From Acaryochloris marina S15 (GTDB lineage Bacteria; Cyanobacteriota; Cyanobacteriia; Thermosynechococcales; Thermosynechococcaceae), in the NCBI RefSeq assembly GCF_018336915.1, contig NZ_CP064924.1:180001-212000 (forward strand): DNA of 32,000 nt, in the 5' to 3' direction. The translations under genes were made by a program, and so were the position numbers. Positions 9,401 to 16,827 of the stretch are shown here, one piece after another; position 1 is the stretch's first letter; each line of letters begins with the position of its first letter. Below the pieces are notes generated by a model that did no database searches, was not told the origin of the DNA, and saw only the letters and a program-made list of their open reading frames with translations.

Positions 9401-9621
9401 AACTGCCACCCGTGAAACCGTTGGGCAATGCCCACCCGGATACTCTCAGCTACCTGCGACTCAGGTGATATCAGCGGATTGAACTCAGCCAGCCAGGACG
9501 AAACCCGGTCTAGGATTTCGTCTGATGGAAGTCCCGTACATGGGTCTGGGTGCTGACCGTGGTCGGTCTGGTAGTCGATCCAGGATTGCTCGAAGAAGCT
9601 GAAGAATGGGTTAGTCGGCAT
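9397..9621 (-). CDS. Hypothetical protein, 74 aa
   Basis: ATG 9621 is preceded by GAGGT. The stop overlaps the start of the next gene. Confidence 0.45.
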   Translation of the reverse strand: MPTNPFFSFFEQSWIDYQTDHGQHPDPCTGLPSDEILDRVSSWLAEFNPLISPESQVAESIRVGIAQRFHGWQL

Positions 9622-9766
9622 TGTGGTGACCTCGATATAAATTGGAATTCGATAAGCAATGAACGACTTGCTAGGACAAAGTACTGGGGATCGTTTTTAC
9701 TGTGATTAGGTGTGTAATCAGGGGCTGTCGCCATTAGCTCATGCAGCTGACAGAGAGCATCACTAG

Positions 9767-10180
9767 CTAGTCTCCAAGACTCCTGAGCCAAATATTTTTT
9801 ATTGCAAGCAGAATTCCAATAAAATTGAACAGGTAATTCATGAGAATCAGATAAGCATTGGGTAGCTCAATATTTCCGCAAAAAGGAGCTAGAAAGGAGC
9901 TAAAAAAGACAGACAAGAAACTAGCGAGAAGAAGAGCTTGAAAAGCTTTCTCTCTTATCTCAATTTGCTTAATTGAGTGGTACAGACCAACAGCAAAGAC
10001 CCATATCGCCAGTGCAACAGATACTAGTAATGAATCCAGAAATATGTGCTGAATTAGTGGATAAAATTGCCTAGAAAATAGGGCGGTTACGATAGCCAAG
10101 GGGAAATTGTAGCCCAGCGCATTTTTTATAGACACAATGCCTGCCGTTCCAAGGGCTAAAGCTAGGAATTTGTTTTTCAA
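9767..10180 (-). CDS. Hypothetical integral membrane protein, 137 aa
   Basis: Four hydrophobic segments are visible (FLALALGTAGIV, LLVSVALAIWVFAVGL, LLLASFLSVFFSSFLAPF, LILMNYLFNFIGILLAI). The TTG start sits 7 nt after the conserved GAGGTG leader. Confidence 0.55.
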   Translation of the reverse strand: MKNKFLALALGTAGIVSIKNALGYNFPLAIVTALFSRQFYPLIQHIFLDSLLVSVALAIWVFAVGLYHSIKQIEIREKAFQALLLASFLSVFFSSFLAPFCGNIELPNAYLILMNYLFNFIGILLAIKNIWLRSLGD

Positions 10181-10718
10181 TGGGATTCACCTCATTAGGT
10201 GTGGGTTTTGCTGCTTGAAGATAGTTAAGGATTCGCGAGTCGTATATGACTATTTCGCTCTCGAATAGCCATGACATCACACCGGAATAGCTTCGCATCA
10301 GGTGCCTGCTCATCAAAATAAAGAATATCAATGGGATCGAAATCGATAATATTGACCGGACCAACCCCAAAAATCCTAAGAGCTTTGTGCAATCAGACTT
10401 TGCAAGAGCATTTATGCTTTTGGGATTCCCCGATCTAATCAGGTCGGTCTGTTTCCATATCTCAATCCGGTCCTTCACCCTAGAAGCGCCAATGAACTGA
10501 TCACCCAGTTTATCTTTGCCATTGATATTAATGGTCCGTTTCAATCGACCAATCTCATCTCGTTCTGATAAAACTGGGAAATGGTGCTGGTCTAATAAAT
10601 CTTGGGAAGATTGAAGATTAACTAAGCTATGCAACGAGCACCCGCTAACCCAAGTAACAGCGAAAGCAATAGCGACTGAAGACAGAAGCGAGAAGTCTCT
10701 GAAAAACTTGTTAGTCAT
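10071..10718 (-). CDS. Putative lipoprotein, 215 aa; C-terminal ~45 codons read through the next gene's leader
   Basis: The N-terminus MTNKFFRDFSLLSSVAIAFAVTWVSGCS looks like a signal peptide with a lipobox-like VSGC. The last 110 nt overlap the 137-aa ORF and look non-protein-like. Confidence 0.5.
   Translation of the reverse strand: MTNKFFRDFSLLSSVAIAFAVTWVSGCSLHSLVNLQSSQDLLDQHHFPVLSERDEIGRLKRTININGKDKLGDQFIGASRVKDRIEIWKQTDLIRSGNPKSINALAKSDCTKLLGFLGLVRSILSISIPLIFFILMSRHLMRSYSGVMSWLFESEIVIYDSRILNYLQAAKPTPNEVNPIEKQIPSFSPWNGRHCVYKKCAGLQFPLGYRNRPIF
10180..10209 (-). promoter_or_regulatory. Conserved leader / RBS palindrome, copy 2
   Basis: See copy 1 at 8075-8104. Here the ATG is replaced by ATT and a TTG one nucleotide downstream opens the ORF. 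Confidence 0.45.
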
Positions 10719-10881
10719 TAAAAACTCCTAAAATACGATCCGTAACAGGTCCTAAAGAGAAAACCAGGACTAGGACGCTCAGACCGAGTGGGAGGGCAAG
10801 CAAAAGGATCTCTGCAATTACTTGAGAGGCTGGGATGAGCGCTTGATCTAAGACAAAGTGGGAAAAACCAAAGTCTGACAT
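10711..10881 (-). CDS. Small hydrophobic protein, 56 aa (below the ORF-track cutoff)
   Basis: My translation is MSDFGFSHFVLDQALIPASQVIAEILLLALPLGLSVLVLVFSLGPVTDRILGVFND. Its stop overlaps ATG 10718 of the next gene (AATGACTAA). Confidence 0.35.
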   Translation of the reverse strand: MSDFGFSHFVLDQALIPASQVIAEILLLALPLGLSVLVLVFSLGPVTDRILGVFND

Positions 10882-10884
10882 TCC

Positions 10885-11157
10885 TTAAATATCCTTTCGC
10901 TCATCCGTGATTACATGAGGTAAGAAGGATACGGAAGTTAGCTGTACTCCGATCCTCCCTGGCTTCTCAGATGAACATAGCTCTAAGACTTTCTTCTCCT
11001 CAACAGTAAGGAAAGTACCTAGGGCTGTCTTAGAAGTCAAGGCGAATTCACTAGCCTCATTTTCCAGAGCCATTATTGCCGTCGTAGGCATGAAATAGGC
11101 TTCCCCTGTATCGTAATCTTTGACCTGGTAAATTAGCGCTGCGATAAAGTGTTTCAT
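10885..11157 (-). CDS. Hypothetical protein, 90 aa
   Basis: This ORF lies in the co-directional gene run. No motif was recognised. Confidence 0.5.
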   Translation of the reverse strand: MKHFIAALIYQVKDYDTGEAYFMPTTAIMALENEASEFALTSKTALGTFLTVEEKKVLELCSSEKPGRIGVQLTSVSFLPHVITDERKDI

Positions 11158-11209
11158 TCTTCAGTTGTCGCTCTAATGATGAGATCAGACTTGGGTCTAG
11201 CCTGATGAA

Positions 11210-11449
11210 TTACTCAGGAGCTGAGCTTGAGGACTCCTTCACCCCAGCCTGATCCTGGGTCGCATCCTGGGTCATTTCGGGAAGAGTCCAAGACATTCTA
11301 AAGTCCAGGCCAGGAAGGTTCTTGAGCGCTGTCTGAAGTCTCTGAATCTGTTGCTCTGACAAAACTGGCTCATATACTGGGACTTCAATGGCGAAGATTG
11401 GTTTAAAGGGAGCTTTGGGGAGAGTTTTAGGGCAGAGAGGACTAATCAT
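11210..11449 (-). CDS. Hypothetical protein, 79 aa
   Basis: ATG 11449 overlaps the stop of the upstream gene (TATGATTAG). The track start at 11470 is less likely. Confidence 0.45.
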   Translation of the reverse strand: MISPLCPKTLPKAPFKPIFAIEVPVYEPVLSEQQIQRLQTALKNLPGLDFRMSWTLPEMTQDATQDQAGVKESSSSAPE

Positions 11450-11798
11450 ATGGCCCCACCTTATAAACACGCACAGAAGGATTTATCTCAACGTCAATCT
11501 GCGTAAGCGTTTCTATCCCTTTGACAACCCTTCGGGCTGCTAGTTTACCCGTTTTTACCATCCGCTCACCTTTATAGATCAACTCGGTATTAAGAGGCAG
11601 ATCTTCAAAAATATGCCTATCCTCGTCTGAACAATACCGATCAAAAAAGACGAAAATATTAGGATCATCTTCAAACCACCCATTCCCACTAGCGTCAAAT
11701 TCTCGATCCATAAAATCTAGAATCTTAGCGGTTGCCTGTGCTGCATCTGGATTTTCCTCTATGATTTTCTGAATTTGCTGTCTAACTATTGGTTTCAT
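11442..11798 (-). CDS. Hypothetical protein, 118 aa
   Basis: The ORF has a protein-like composition. No motif was recognised. Confidence 0.6.
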   Translation of the reverse strand: MKPIVRQQIQKIIEENPDAAQATAKILDFMDREFDASGNGWFEDDPNIFVFFDRYCSDEDRHIFEDLPLNTELIYKGERMVKTGKLAARRVVKGIETLTQIDVEINPSVRVYKVGPYD

Positions 11799-11842
11799 CG
11801 TTTGCTATCCTTCCTTTTTCAATAATCAAATAATTTCAATGA

Positions 11843-12220
11843 CTAACTTCCCTCAAACCTTCTCCCCAGCCAGGTCATCGGAAACCACAGCCCAAAAGCA
11901 ATCAGGCAAGAGGCTAGGCTCCAGTAGATGTGGTACTCAGCAAGGGCAGCAGTGGCAGCATTCGCACTCAGCCTGGACCCCTCACGCAGCAGCTCCAGAA
12001 CTTCCAGAGTTTCTTTGGTACTGCTGTCCTCAGTTATCTCCGGTAGGACAATATTGGCTTTCTCATACTGATGATAGAAATGCGTGGACAAGGGGCGGGC
12101 CGCTCTAGGGATGGGTTGCATCATCACCAGATAAAACCCCAGTGACACGCCGATGGAGCCGACAACGATACCTCGGGCCAAGGCCCAGAGAGTTTGTCTG
12201 GAGGGTAGTGAAAGTTTCAT
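11843..12220 (-). CDS. Hypothetical membrane protein, 125 aa
   Basis: GAGGA lies upstream of ATG 12220. There are two hydrophobic segments, one N-terminal and one C-terminal. Confidence 0.55.
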   Translation of the reverse strand: MKLSLPSRQTLWALARGIVVGSIGVSLGFYLVMMQPIPRAARPLSTHFYHQYEKANIVLPEITEDSSTKETLEVLELLREGSRLSANAATAALAEYHIYWSLASCLIAFGLWFPMTWLGRRFEGS

Positions 12221-12249
12221 GGGAACATCCTCAATTGTTCGTAAGTTGA

Positions 12250-12426
12250 TTAGCGGAATCCTTCAGTTGTTTTGTCCTCTGCACATCCGTCTGAATCTTC
12301 GGTGGGGCGGTCTGTGCGGAACTGGAACTGAGTGCTGGTGTTTTGCAACATTGCTTGGGTAGTCGCCTGTTGGTCTTGTGGGTCGCACCAGGGCAAAGGG
12401 GAGGTGGGGTTTGGGTTGTGGTTCAT
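12250..12426 (-). CDS. Possible small protein, 58 aa
   Basis: This is an internal ATG of the 137-aa track ORF, preceded by AAGGA. The sequence is low-complexity (MNHNPNPTSPLPW..), so support is weak. Confidence 0.25.
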   Translation of the reverse strand: MNHNPNPTSPLPWCDPQDQQATTQAMLQNTSTQFQFRTDRPTEDSDGCAEDKTTEGFR

Positions 12427-12575
12427 GGGTGGATATTCCTTGTGTGGCGGGATATTTTTTAGGTGTGAAGTCTGGGAGTTTTCAGGTGCAATGTCGGGGA
12501 GTTGGTATGGGGTAGTTGTCGTCGATACGGACTTGCGATGGCCGAAGGCCGGTCGGAGACCATCGCAAAATGGCA

Positions 12576-12923
12576 TCAACCCGCCTCGTCCTTGTCTCTG
12601 TAGGTATCCCAAAGGAGAGCGACACGTCTCAGGCCAATGACACCCGCTCCACCAACGATGCACACCAGTGAACCGTAGTGGAGGAAATCATTGGCAGTGG
12701 GGTTATGGATGATTGACTTGGATATTTCTACAACAGGCCGAAAAGGGGGCGCTTCAAGTCGCAAATGACCCGTCATTGGATCTGGCCCGACAAAACCATC
12801 AGCCATGAGCCAGCAGCCCCAACCCACCAGACCGAGACGCAGGGCAATAACTGGCAAGGCTGAAATAATGGTCGAGAGTACTTCCTTTTTCAGTGGCTTA
12901 TCTATGGGAGCTATGTTAGTCAT
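12576..12923 (-). CDS. Hypothetical membrane protein, 115 aa
   Basis: ATG 12923 is preceded by GAGGTAGAACAA and lies 10 nt after the upstream stop. Hydrophobic segments include IISALPVIALRLGLVGWGCWL and LVCIVGGAGVIGL. Confidence 0.55.
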   Translation of the reverse strand: MTNIAPIDKPLKKEVLSTIISALPVIALRLGLVGWGCWLMADGFVGPDPMTGHLRLEAPPFRPVVEISKSIIHNPTANDFLHYGSLVCIVGGAGVIGLRRVALLWDTYRDKDEAG

Positions 12924-12933
12924 TTGTTCTACC

Positions 12934-13365
12934 TCACTTGCTTTCTCGTGATTCAGATTCATGCGATTGAGCAGCTGACAATGCCAGCTTCACAAAAACG
13001 AAGCGTCCTAGAGAATAAGTAGCGACCACCGTAGGAAGGGTCAAAAGCCATAGGGAGAAAAGCCGAGGAAATACCTGGGCAATGGGTTCTCCTTTCGCCA
13101 AATAGAAACCTCCCATTGGTGTAGGGATTCTTACCTCCCAAATCGTGGACTTGACTTCAGACTCTGGTAAGCACTGCGCTAGGGTAACGGGCGTATACCC
13201 AGGCCGAGAACATTTGGCATCAATCAAATAAGGCGAAACCGCTAGAAAGCCAAATACAACACAGCTCACAGACATTGCACCTAGAACAACCTTGAGCGTT
13301 GAACCCAACCCTTCCAAGATTGTGGGTTGTCTGGGGACGGTCCTTGCCCCCAATTCAGTTAACAT
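12934..13365 (-). CDS. Hypothetical membrane protein, 143 aa
   Basis: AGGAGAAAAAAT precedes ATG 13365. At least three hydrophobic segments are present. Confidence 0.6.
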   Translation of the reverse strand: MLTELGARTVPRQPTILEGLGSTLKVVLGAMSVSCVVFGFLAVSPYLIDAKCSRPGYTPVTLAQCLPESEVKSTIWEVRIPTPMGGFYLAKGEPIAQVFPRLFSLWLLTLPTVVATYSLGRFVFVKLALSAAQSHESESRESK

Positions 13366-13484
13366 ATTTTTTCTCCTGAGTTTTGGTGGAGAGGGTAATG
13401 GATTAATATGCCACTACCCTCAGTTGATGAGTTGGGAAGGGGCAAAATAGTATGCCATCCTCCCTTGAAATAGGCAGGCCGATA

Positions 13485-13997
13485 TCACAACTCGCCCCGA
13501 ATCTCCTCAATCACGCCGTCGCGGATCACAACCTCAATCTGCATCTTGCGAATCAGATGGTCGCCTTGCTTGGCATAAAAGAAGTTATCGACCTGGCCTT
13601 GCTCAACTTCCTCGCCCAACTCCAAAGTTTCGATCTGCTCTAGTTGTTGCAAGACCTGAGTCTTCTGCTCCAGCAGTTCACCCTTGCGCTCATTGGCCTG
13701 AGTCTGGATATCTTGGATCTGGGCTTGGGTCTGGGCAATGGAGCTGCCCTCTGGATGGATTTGGACAGTATGATGGCTCAGCTCCCCAACCATTTGTTGA
13801 ACTTGGGCATCCAGTTGGCCTAGTTGTTCATCCAGTTGGTCAGCTTGCGATTGGAGCTGTTGACGGGCTTCGTCTTTCCATAGAGAGGTAACAATGGCCT
13901 TGACGAGGATCAGGCGTTTGAGAAAAAGTTGACTTGAGGATGGAGACTCAACCCACAGTTCAGGTTTTGGTTGGATGAGTCTATCTTGGGTAAGCAT
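13485..13997 (-). CDS. YlqD-family-like coiled-coil protein, 170 aa
   Basis: The protein has a Q/E-rich central coiled coil. Its C-terminal ..GDHLIRKMQIEVVIRDGVIEEIRG resembles the ..IVIKDGIVKEIR ending of YlqD proteins as I recall them. Confidence 0.55.
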   Translation of the reverse strand: MLTQDRLIQPKPELWVESPSSSQLFLKRLILVKAIVTSLWKDEARQQLQSQADQLDEQLGQLDAQVQQMVGELSHHTVQIHPEGSSIAQTQAQIQDIQTQANERKGELLEQKTQVLQQLEQIETLELGEEVEQGQVDNFFYAKQGDHLIRKMQIEVVIRDGVIEEIRGEL

Positions 13998-14030
13998 AAT
14001 TTTCTTTCCTTAATGAGATGGCTTGAAGGT

Positions 14031-14049
14031 GACGGAGTAATATACCGCC
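14031..14049 (-). promoter_or_regulatory. Conserved TGGCGGTAYATT-type motif (plus strand GACGGAGTAATATACCGCC)
   Basis: The TATATT core lies 41 nt upstream of ATG 13997. Confidence 0.45.
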
Positions 14050-14113
14050 GTTAATTTTCTGGATTGGAAATGGCAGGTAATGTGCCATCCGTCTTATTGG
14101 TTTGATTGGAGGT

Positions 14114-14131
14114 GACGGATAATATACCGCC
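14114..14131 (-). promoter_or_regulatory. Conserved motif copy (plus strand GACGGATAATATACCGCC)
   Basis: This is a near-duplicate of 14031-14049, located 83 bp away. Confidence 0.4.
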
Positions 14132-14133
14132 AC

Positions 14134-14439
14134 CTAATGAGATGAAATCGAACCTTCCTGTGAGAATGTACCGCCACTGTTATTTGCCGGACTTGGGGCG
14201 ATGGTTCCTCGCAGCCACCAGCCCCCCAACCCAGCGAGAAGGGTGACTAGCACCACCACCCAAACCCAATACCGGATGTCCGTGAACATCGCAGCTCGGT
14301 ACTCCCACTCTCGGCGGCGTTGGGCAGACTTCATCAGGAGGTGTTGGTTGTCGTTAAACTGCTTGCGTTCTCGCAGGGATTCAATTCGCTCGTTTTCCTC
14401 AAGAATGCTCATCAACCGCGAGTACACCATCTCTCCCAC
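14134..14439 (-). CDS. Hypothetical single-pass membrane protein, 101 aa
   Basis: There is one clear TM segment (YWVWVVVLVTLLAGLGGWWL). The start is ambiguous between GTG 14439 and ATG 14430. Confidence 0.5.
   Translation of the reverse strand: MGEMVYSRLMSILEENERIESLRERKQFNDNQHLLMKSAQRRREWEYRAAMFTDIRYWVWVVVLVTLLAGLGGWWLRGTIAPSPANNSGGTFSQEGSISSH
14161..14176 (-). promoter_or_regulatory. Conserved motif copy (plus strand TGAGAATGTACCGCCA)
   Basis: This 16-mer is identical to 15120-15135. It lies within the last codons of the 101-aa ORF. Confidence 0.4.
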
Positions 14440-14450
14440 AAAAGTCCACG

Positions 14451-15092
14451 CTACTCCTCCACTACAGTGGCCTTTAAGAGCGGTTGCTTTCCCGGCGTTA
14501 GTTGATTAGCCGTTAGCTTACTCACCAGGGCAGCCACCTCCGGGCGCTGCATAATTTCATCGGCTTTCGCCTGGATTCGGGCGTTGACATATCGGTTGGC
14601 ACTCTCATCTAACTCACCCAAAACTTGCACAACCTGATGGATGGTATTTTCCGTCGCCAAGTCGATAATCGGATCTATCTTCCGCTTCAGAACTTCCGGC
14701 AGATCCGATCTTGGGATTGCAGATTCCACCAAAGGCTCATCTTCCACCCCCCGCATCTCTGCCTTGACCACATCAACGGGGTCCATCCCTTCTTCAGAAA
14801 CCTTCTCGCAAACCAGGGAAAACAAGGGATGGTACAAATCATCACCCGTCTCAATCCCTTCATCGGATATCGCTTTGTGGATGGGCTTAAGGTCAACTTG
14901 ATACATCTCAGCGGTATAGATGCACCAGCCATGAGTGTAAGTATCAGCGGTTTTATCTTCTCGGAGTTTCACTACTCCTTGTAGAGTTTCCAGGTCATAG
15001 CCGTCTTCACTCATTCCGCAAGCTCTCAGTAGATGGCCGACTTGCTTGTCATCCATACCGAGGGTCTGCATTAGGTCATTGATAATAGTCAT
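14451..15092 (-). CDS. Hypothetical acidic protein, 213 aa
   Basis: GGAGAAATAAGCGA precedes ATG 15092. A conserved motif lies just upstream. Confidence 0.6.
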   Translation of the reverse strand: MTIINDLMQTLGMDDKQVGHLLRACGMSEDGYDLETLQGVVKLREDKTADTYTHGWCIYTAEMYQVDLKPIHKAISDEGIETGDDLYHPLFSLVCEKVSEEGMDPVDVVKAEMRGVEDEPLVESAIPRSDLPEVLKRKIDPIIDLATENTIHQVVQVLGELDESANRYVNARIQAKADEIMQRPEVAALVSKLTANQLTPGKQPLLKATVVEE

Positions 15093-15119
15093 TCGCTTAT
15101 TTCTCCAAATGTTGTTCTA

Positions 15120-15135
15120 TGAGAATGTACCGCCA
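15120..15135 (-). promoter_or_regulatory. Conserved motif copy (plus strand TGAGAATGTACCGCCA)
   Basis: The TACATT core lies 31 nt upstream of ATG 15092. Confidence 0.45.
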
Positions 15136-15173
15136 GCACTTTTTTGACTGGTGGGATTGGCTTTTTTGTTGGA

Positions 15174-15623
15174 TTAGTCATCCTCTTCAAAGCCCGCATA
15201 GATACTGGGTGCAGAACTGCCAGAATCTACCACCGGGGATTCCTCCGCTTCCCTCGGCGGCTCATAAGGATCAGAAGGTGGCTGCACAATCTCAAGCTCG
15301 ACTGTTGGCATGGAGGGCGCGGGAGGTGAGGGTAAAGATGGTTCGTCGGGAGTTGTCTCTTCTGAGGAGACCAGGATCAGCGCCAGGTCATAGAAGGTTT
15401 CAACTTTGTCCCGCGACAACTCAATCGCCTTGCGTACCTCTGCTACAGAATTGGTCTGGAGCGCTACGGCCAACGGCTTAAATACCGCATAGAGGATAGT
15501 GACACACTTCTCAGAAAAGGAACGACGATAATGGGCTTTCGCTGTCTCAATGATGGTTGTAATCTCCTGATCCTTATCCCAAACGGTATCCATGCGGAAT
15601 CGGTAATGGTTTGGATTTCTCAT
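15174..15623 (-). CDS. Candidate ParR-like centromere-binding adaptor, 149 aa
   Basis: ATG 15623 overlaps the ParM-like stop by 1 nt (TGATG). The N-terminal YRFRMDTVWDKDQEITTIIETAKAHYRRSFSEKCV is compatible with a ribbon-helix-helix fold. A proline-rich linker and an acidic tail (..YAGFEEDD) follow. The call rests on position and architecture only. Confidence 0.5.
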   Translation of the reverse strand: MRNPNHYRFRMDTVWDKDQEITTIIETAKAHYRRSFSEKCVTILYAVFKPLAVALQTNSVAEVRKAIELSRDKVETFYDLALILVSSEETTPDEPSLPSPPAPSMPTVELEIVQPPSDPYEPPREAEESPVVDSGSSAPSIYAGFEEDD

Positions 15624-16699
15624 CAGACTGCCTCCCTGACTGGAGCAGCTTCTAACTGCATCACGGGCGCTGCATGTTGTCGCCACACCAAATACAGATC
15701 GATAAACCTTTGCTGCTGGGAGGCAGATAAATGATGCTGGGTAAATGTAGCTTTGATTTCTTTGCGAACTGGAGCGAGGATATCAGCCTTCGCCTGACAC
15801 AACTCAGCTAAGTAGTCGCCCCAGAACAATGAACCTCCCCCACCGATATACACCCGCTTGGAATTCATAAAGTCGGTATCCGCTTCCAAGTCATCACTTA
15901 GGTCTGCCCACACTAGATCCTTAGCTTCCTTGAGTGCAGCTAGCTTAACCAGACGTTCGTCTTCACTGAGAATTGCAGATAAGCCCCCCTCTCCCCATTT
16001 CATCGCCTCCTCATACAACAGCTTTGCCCCCGTCAGTTCATTGCTGAAGGCAAACGGGAAGTTCCGCAAAATCTTGATGGTTCCGTACCCCGTCCAGGTA
16101 TAAGCATTGGGCACCACATTCGCTTGCTCATCCTTGAGGTTGATAATCGTCACATCCTGATGACCAAACATCAAAATTGAGCAGGGGTACACATTTGCAT
16201 AGTTGGCAAACCCAGACCCTTCTGGATGAACTTGAACCCGGACTGGATTGCAGCGGACGGTGTTGATGCCATATCTGAAACTGCGGATTTGCCGAAAGAT
16301 CAGCTCCTCCGTTTCTCGGTAGTAAGGCGCTTCATTTGAGGGCAGCATCAGATCAATCTCGACATCCAATGGCCGATCACATTCACTCAGGAACTGGCCC
16401 ACAATCGACAGCACCTTAGCCACAGCATGGTGCTTTTTAACCCGATTCACCTTAGTTCGGCGTACCGCTTCCTCGGCATACTCCCCCACAAGCCAATAGT
16501 TTCCATCAAAAGATAGGTGAGATCCTTGCCGATTGTTTACCAAGTTCAGCGATTCGTAGTAGCTAGCGGTGACTTTGCGGATGGCACTGGACTGCAATAT
16601 CAAATCCTCGGTGCCCACTTTGCCGGGATAAGTGATTTGTGCGAGAACTTTCGTCCCAGATGTCCCGGTATCGATTCCAAATTTTGCGTTTGCGTTCAT
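15623..16699 (-). CDS. parM: ParM/StbA-like actin-fold plasmid segregation ATPase
   Basis: Several segments parallel R1 ParM. FGIDTGTSGTKV matches phosphate-1 (IDDGSTNIK). DLMLPSNEAPYY matches CTLPLTEYY. VQVHPEGSGFANY matches VKVMPESIPAGY. VYIGGGGSLF matches the adenosine motif VIGGGA. Confidence 0.8.
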   Translation of the reverse strand: MNANAKFGIDTGTSGTKVLAQITYPGKVGTEDLILQSSAIRKVTASYYESLNLVNNRQGSHLSFDGNYWLVGEYAEEAVRRTKVNRVKKHHAVAKVLSIVGQFLSECDRPLDVEIDLMLPSNEAPYYRETEELIFRQIRSFRYGINTVRCNPVRVQVHPEGSGFANYANVYPCSILMFGHQDVTIINLKDEQANVVPNAYTWTGYGTIKILRNFPFAFSNELTGAKLLYEEAMKWGEGGLSAILSEDERLVKLAALKEAKDLVWADLSDDLEADTDFMNSKRVYIGGGGSLFWGDYLAELCQAKADILAPVRKEIKATFTQHHLSASQQQRFIDLYLVWRQHAAPVMQLEAAPVREAV

Positions 16700-16723
16700 G
16701 GATTTTCACTTCTCCATAATCAA

Positions 16724-16741
16724 CGTAGTAATATACCGCCA
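16724..16741 (-). promoter_or_regulatory. Conserved motif copy (plus strand CGTAGTAATATACCGCCA)
   Basis: The TATATT core lies 30 nt upstream of the ParM-like ATG 16699. Its upstream edge is 9 nt from the nearest iteron. Confidence 0.5.
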
Positions 16742-16750
16742 TCCAAAATG

Positions 16751-16827
16751 ACCGAGTTCCCATCAAGTTCCCGCTGAGTTCCCGCTGAGTTCCCATCAAG
16801 TTCCCAGTGAGTTCCCACGGAGTTCCC
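16751..16827 (-). repeat. parC-like centromere: seven tandem 11-bp iterons
   Basis: The units are accGAGTTCCC, atcAAGTTCCC, gctGAGTTCCC, gctGAGTTCCC, atcAAGTTCCC, agtGAGTTCCC and acgGAGTTCCC, in exact 11-bp register. They read GGGAACT on the gene strand. Confidence 0.7.

Noticed and set aside
12250-12663. 137-aa minus ORF and the 102-aa plus ORF (12332..12640) in the gap between two membrane-protein genes
   Set aside because: Their composition is implausible (W, C, R and G rich), and the first overlaps the 3' end of the upstream gene. Only the last 58 codons, which have an AAGGA RBS, are retained, and only as a low-confidence call.
9767-13365. Calling the cluster of small membrane proteins a type IV secretion channel (VirB2/B3/B6-like)
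   Set aside because: I could find no VirB4- or VirB11-type ATPase (no Walker A motifs) and no recognisable pilin or VirB motif in this window. Function is left open.
14072-14087. Sigma-54-like promoter TGGCACattacCTGC on the minus strand
   Set aside because: The GG-N10-GC spacing fits. However, the second element is CTGC rather than TTGC, and cyanobacteria are not known to have RpoN. The site is better explained as a degenerate copy of the TGGCGGTAYATT motif.
16751-16827. Possible CRISPR array or minisatellite
   Set aside because: The period is only 11 bp with no spacers. The position immediately upstream of a ParM-like gene fits a centromere iteron array.
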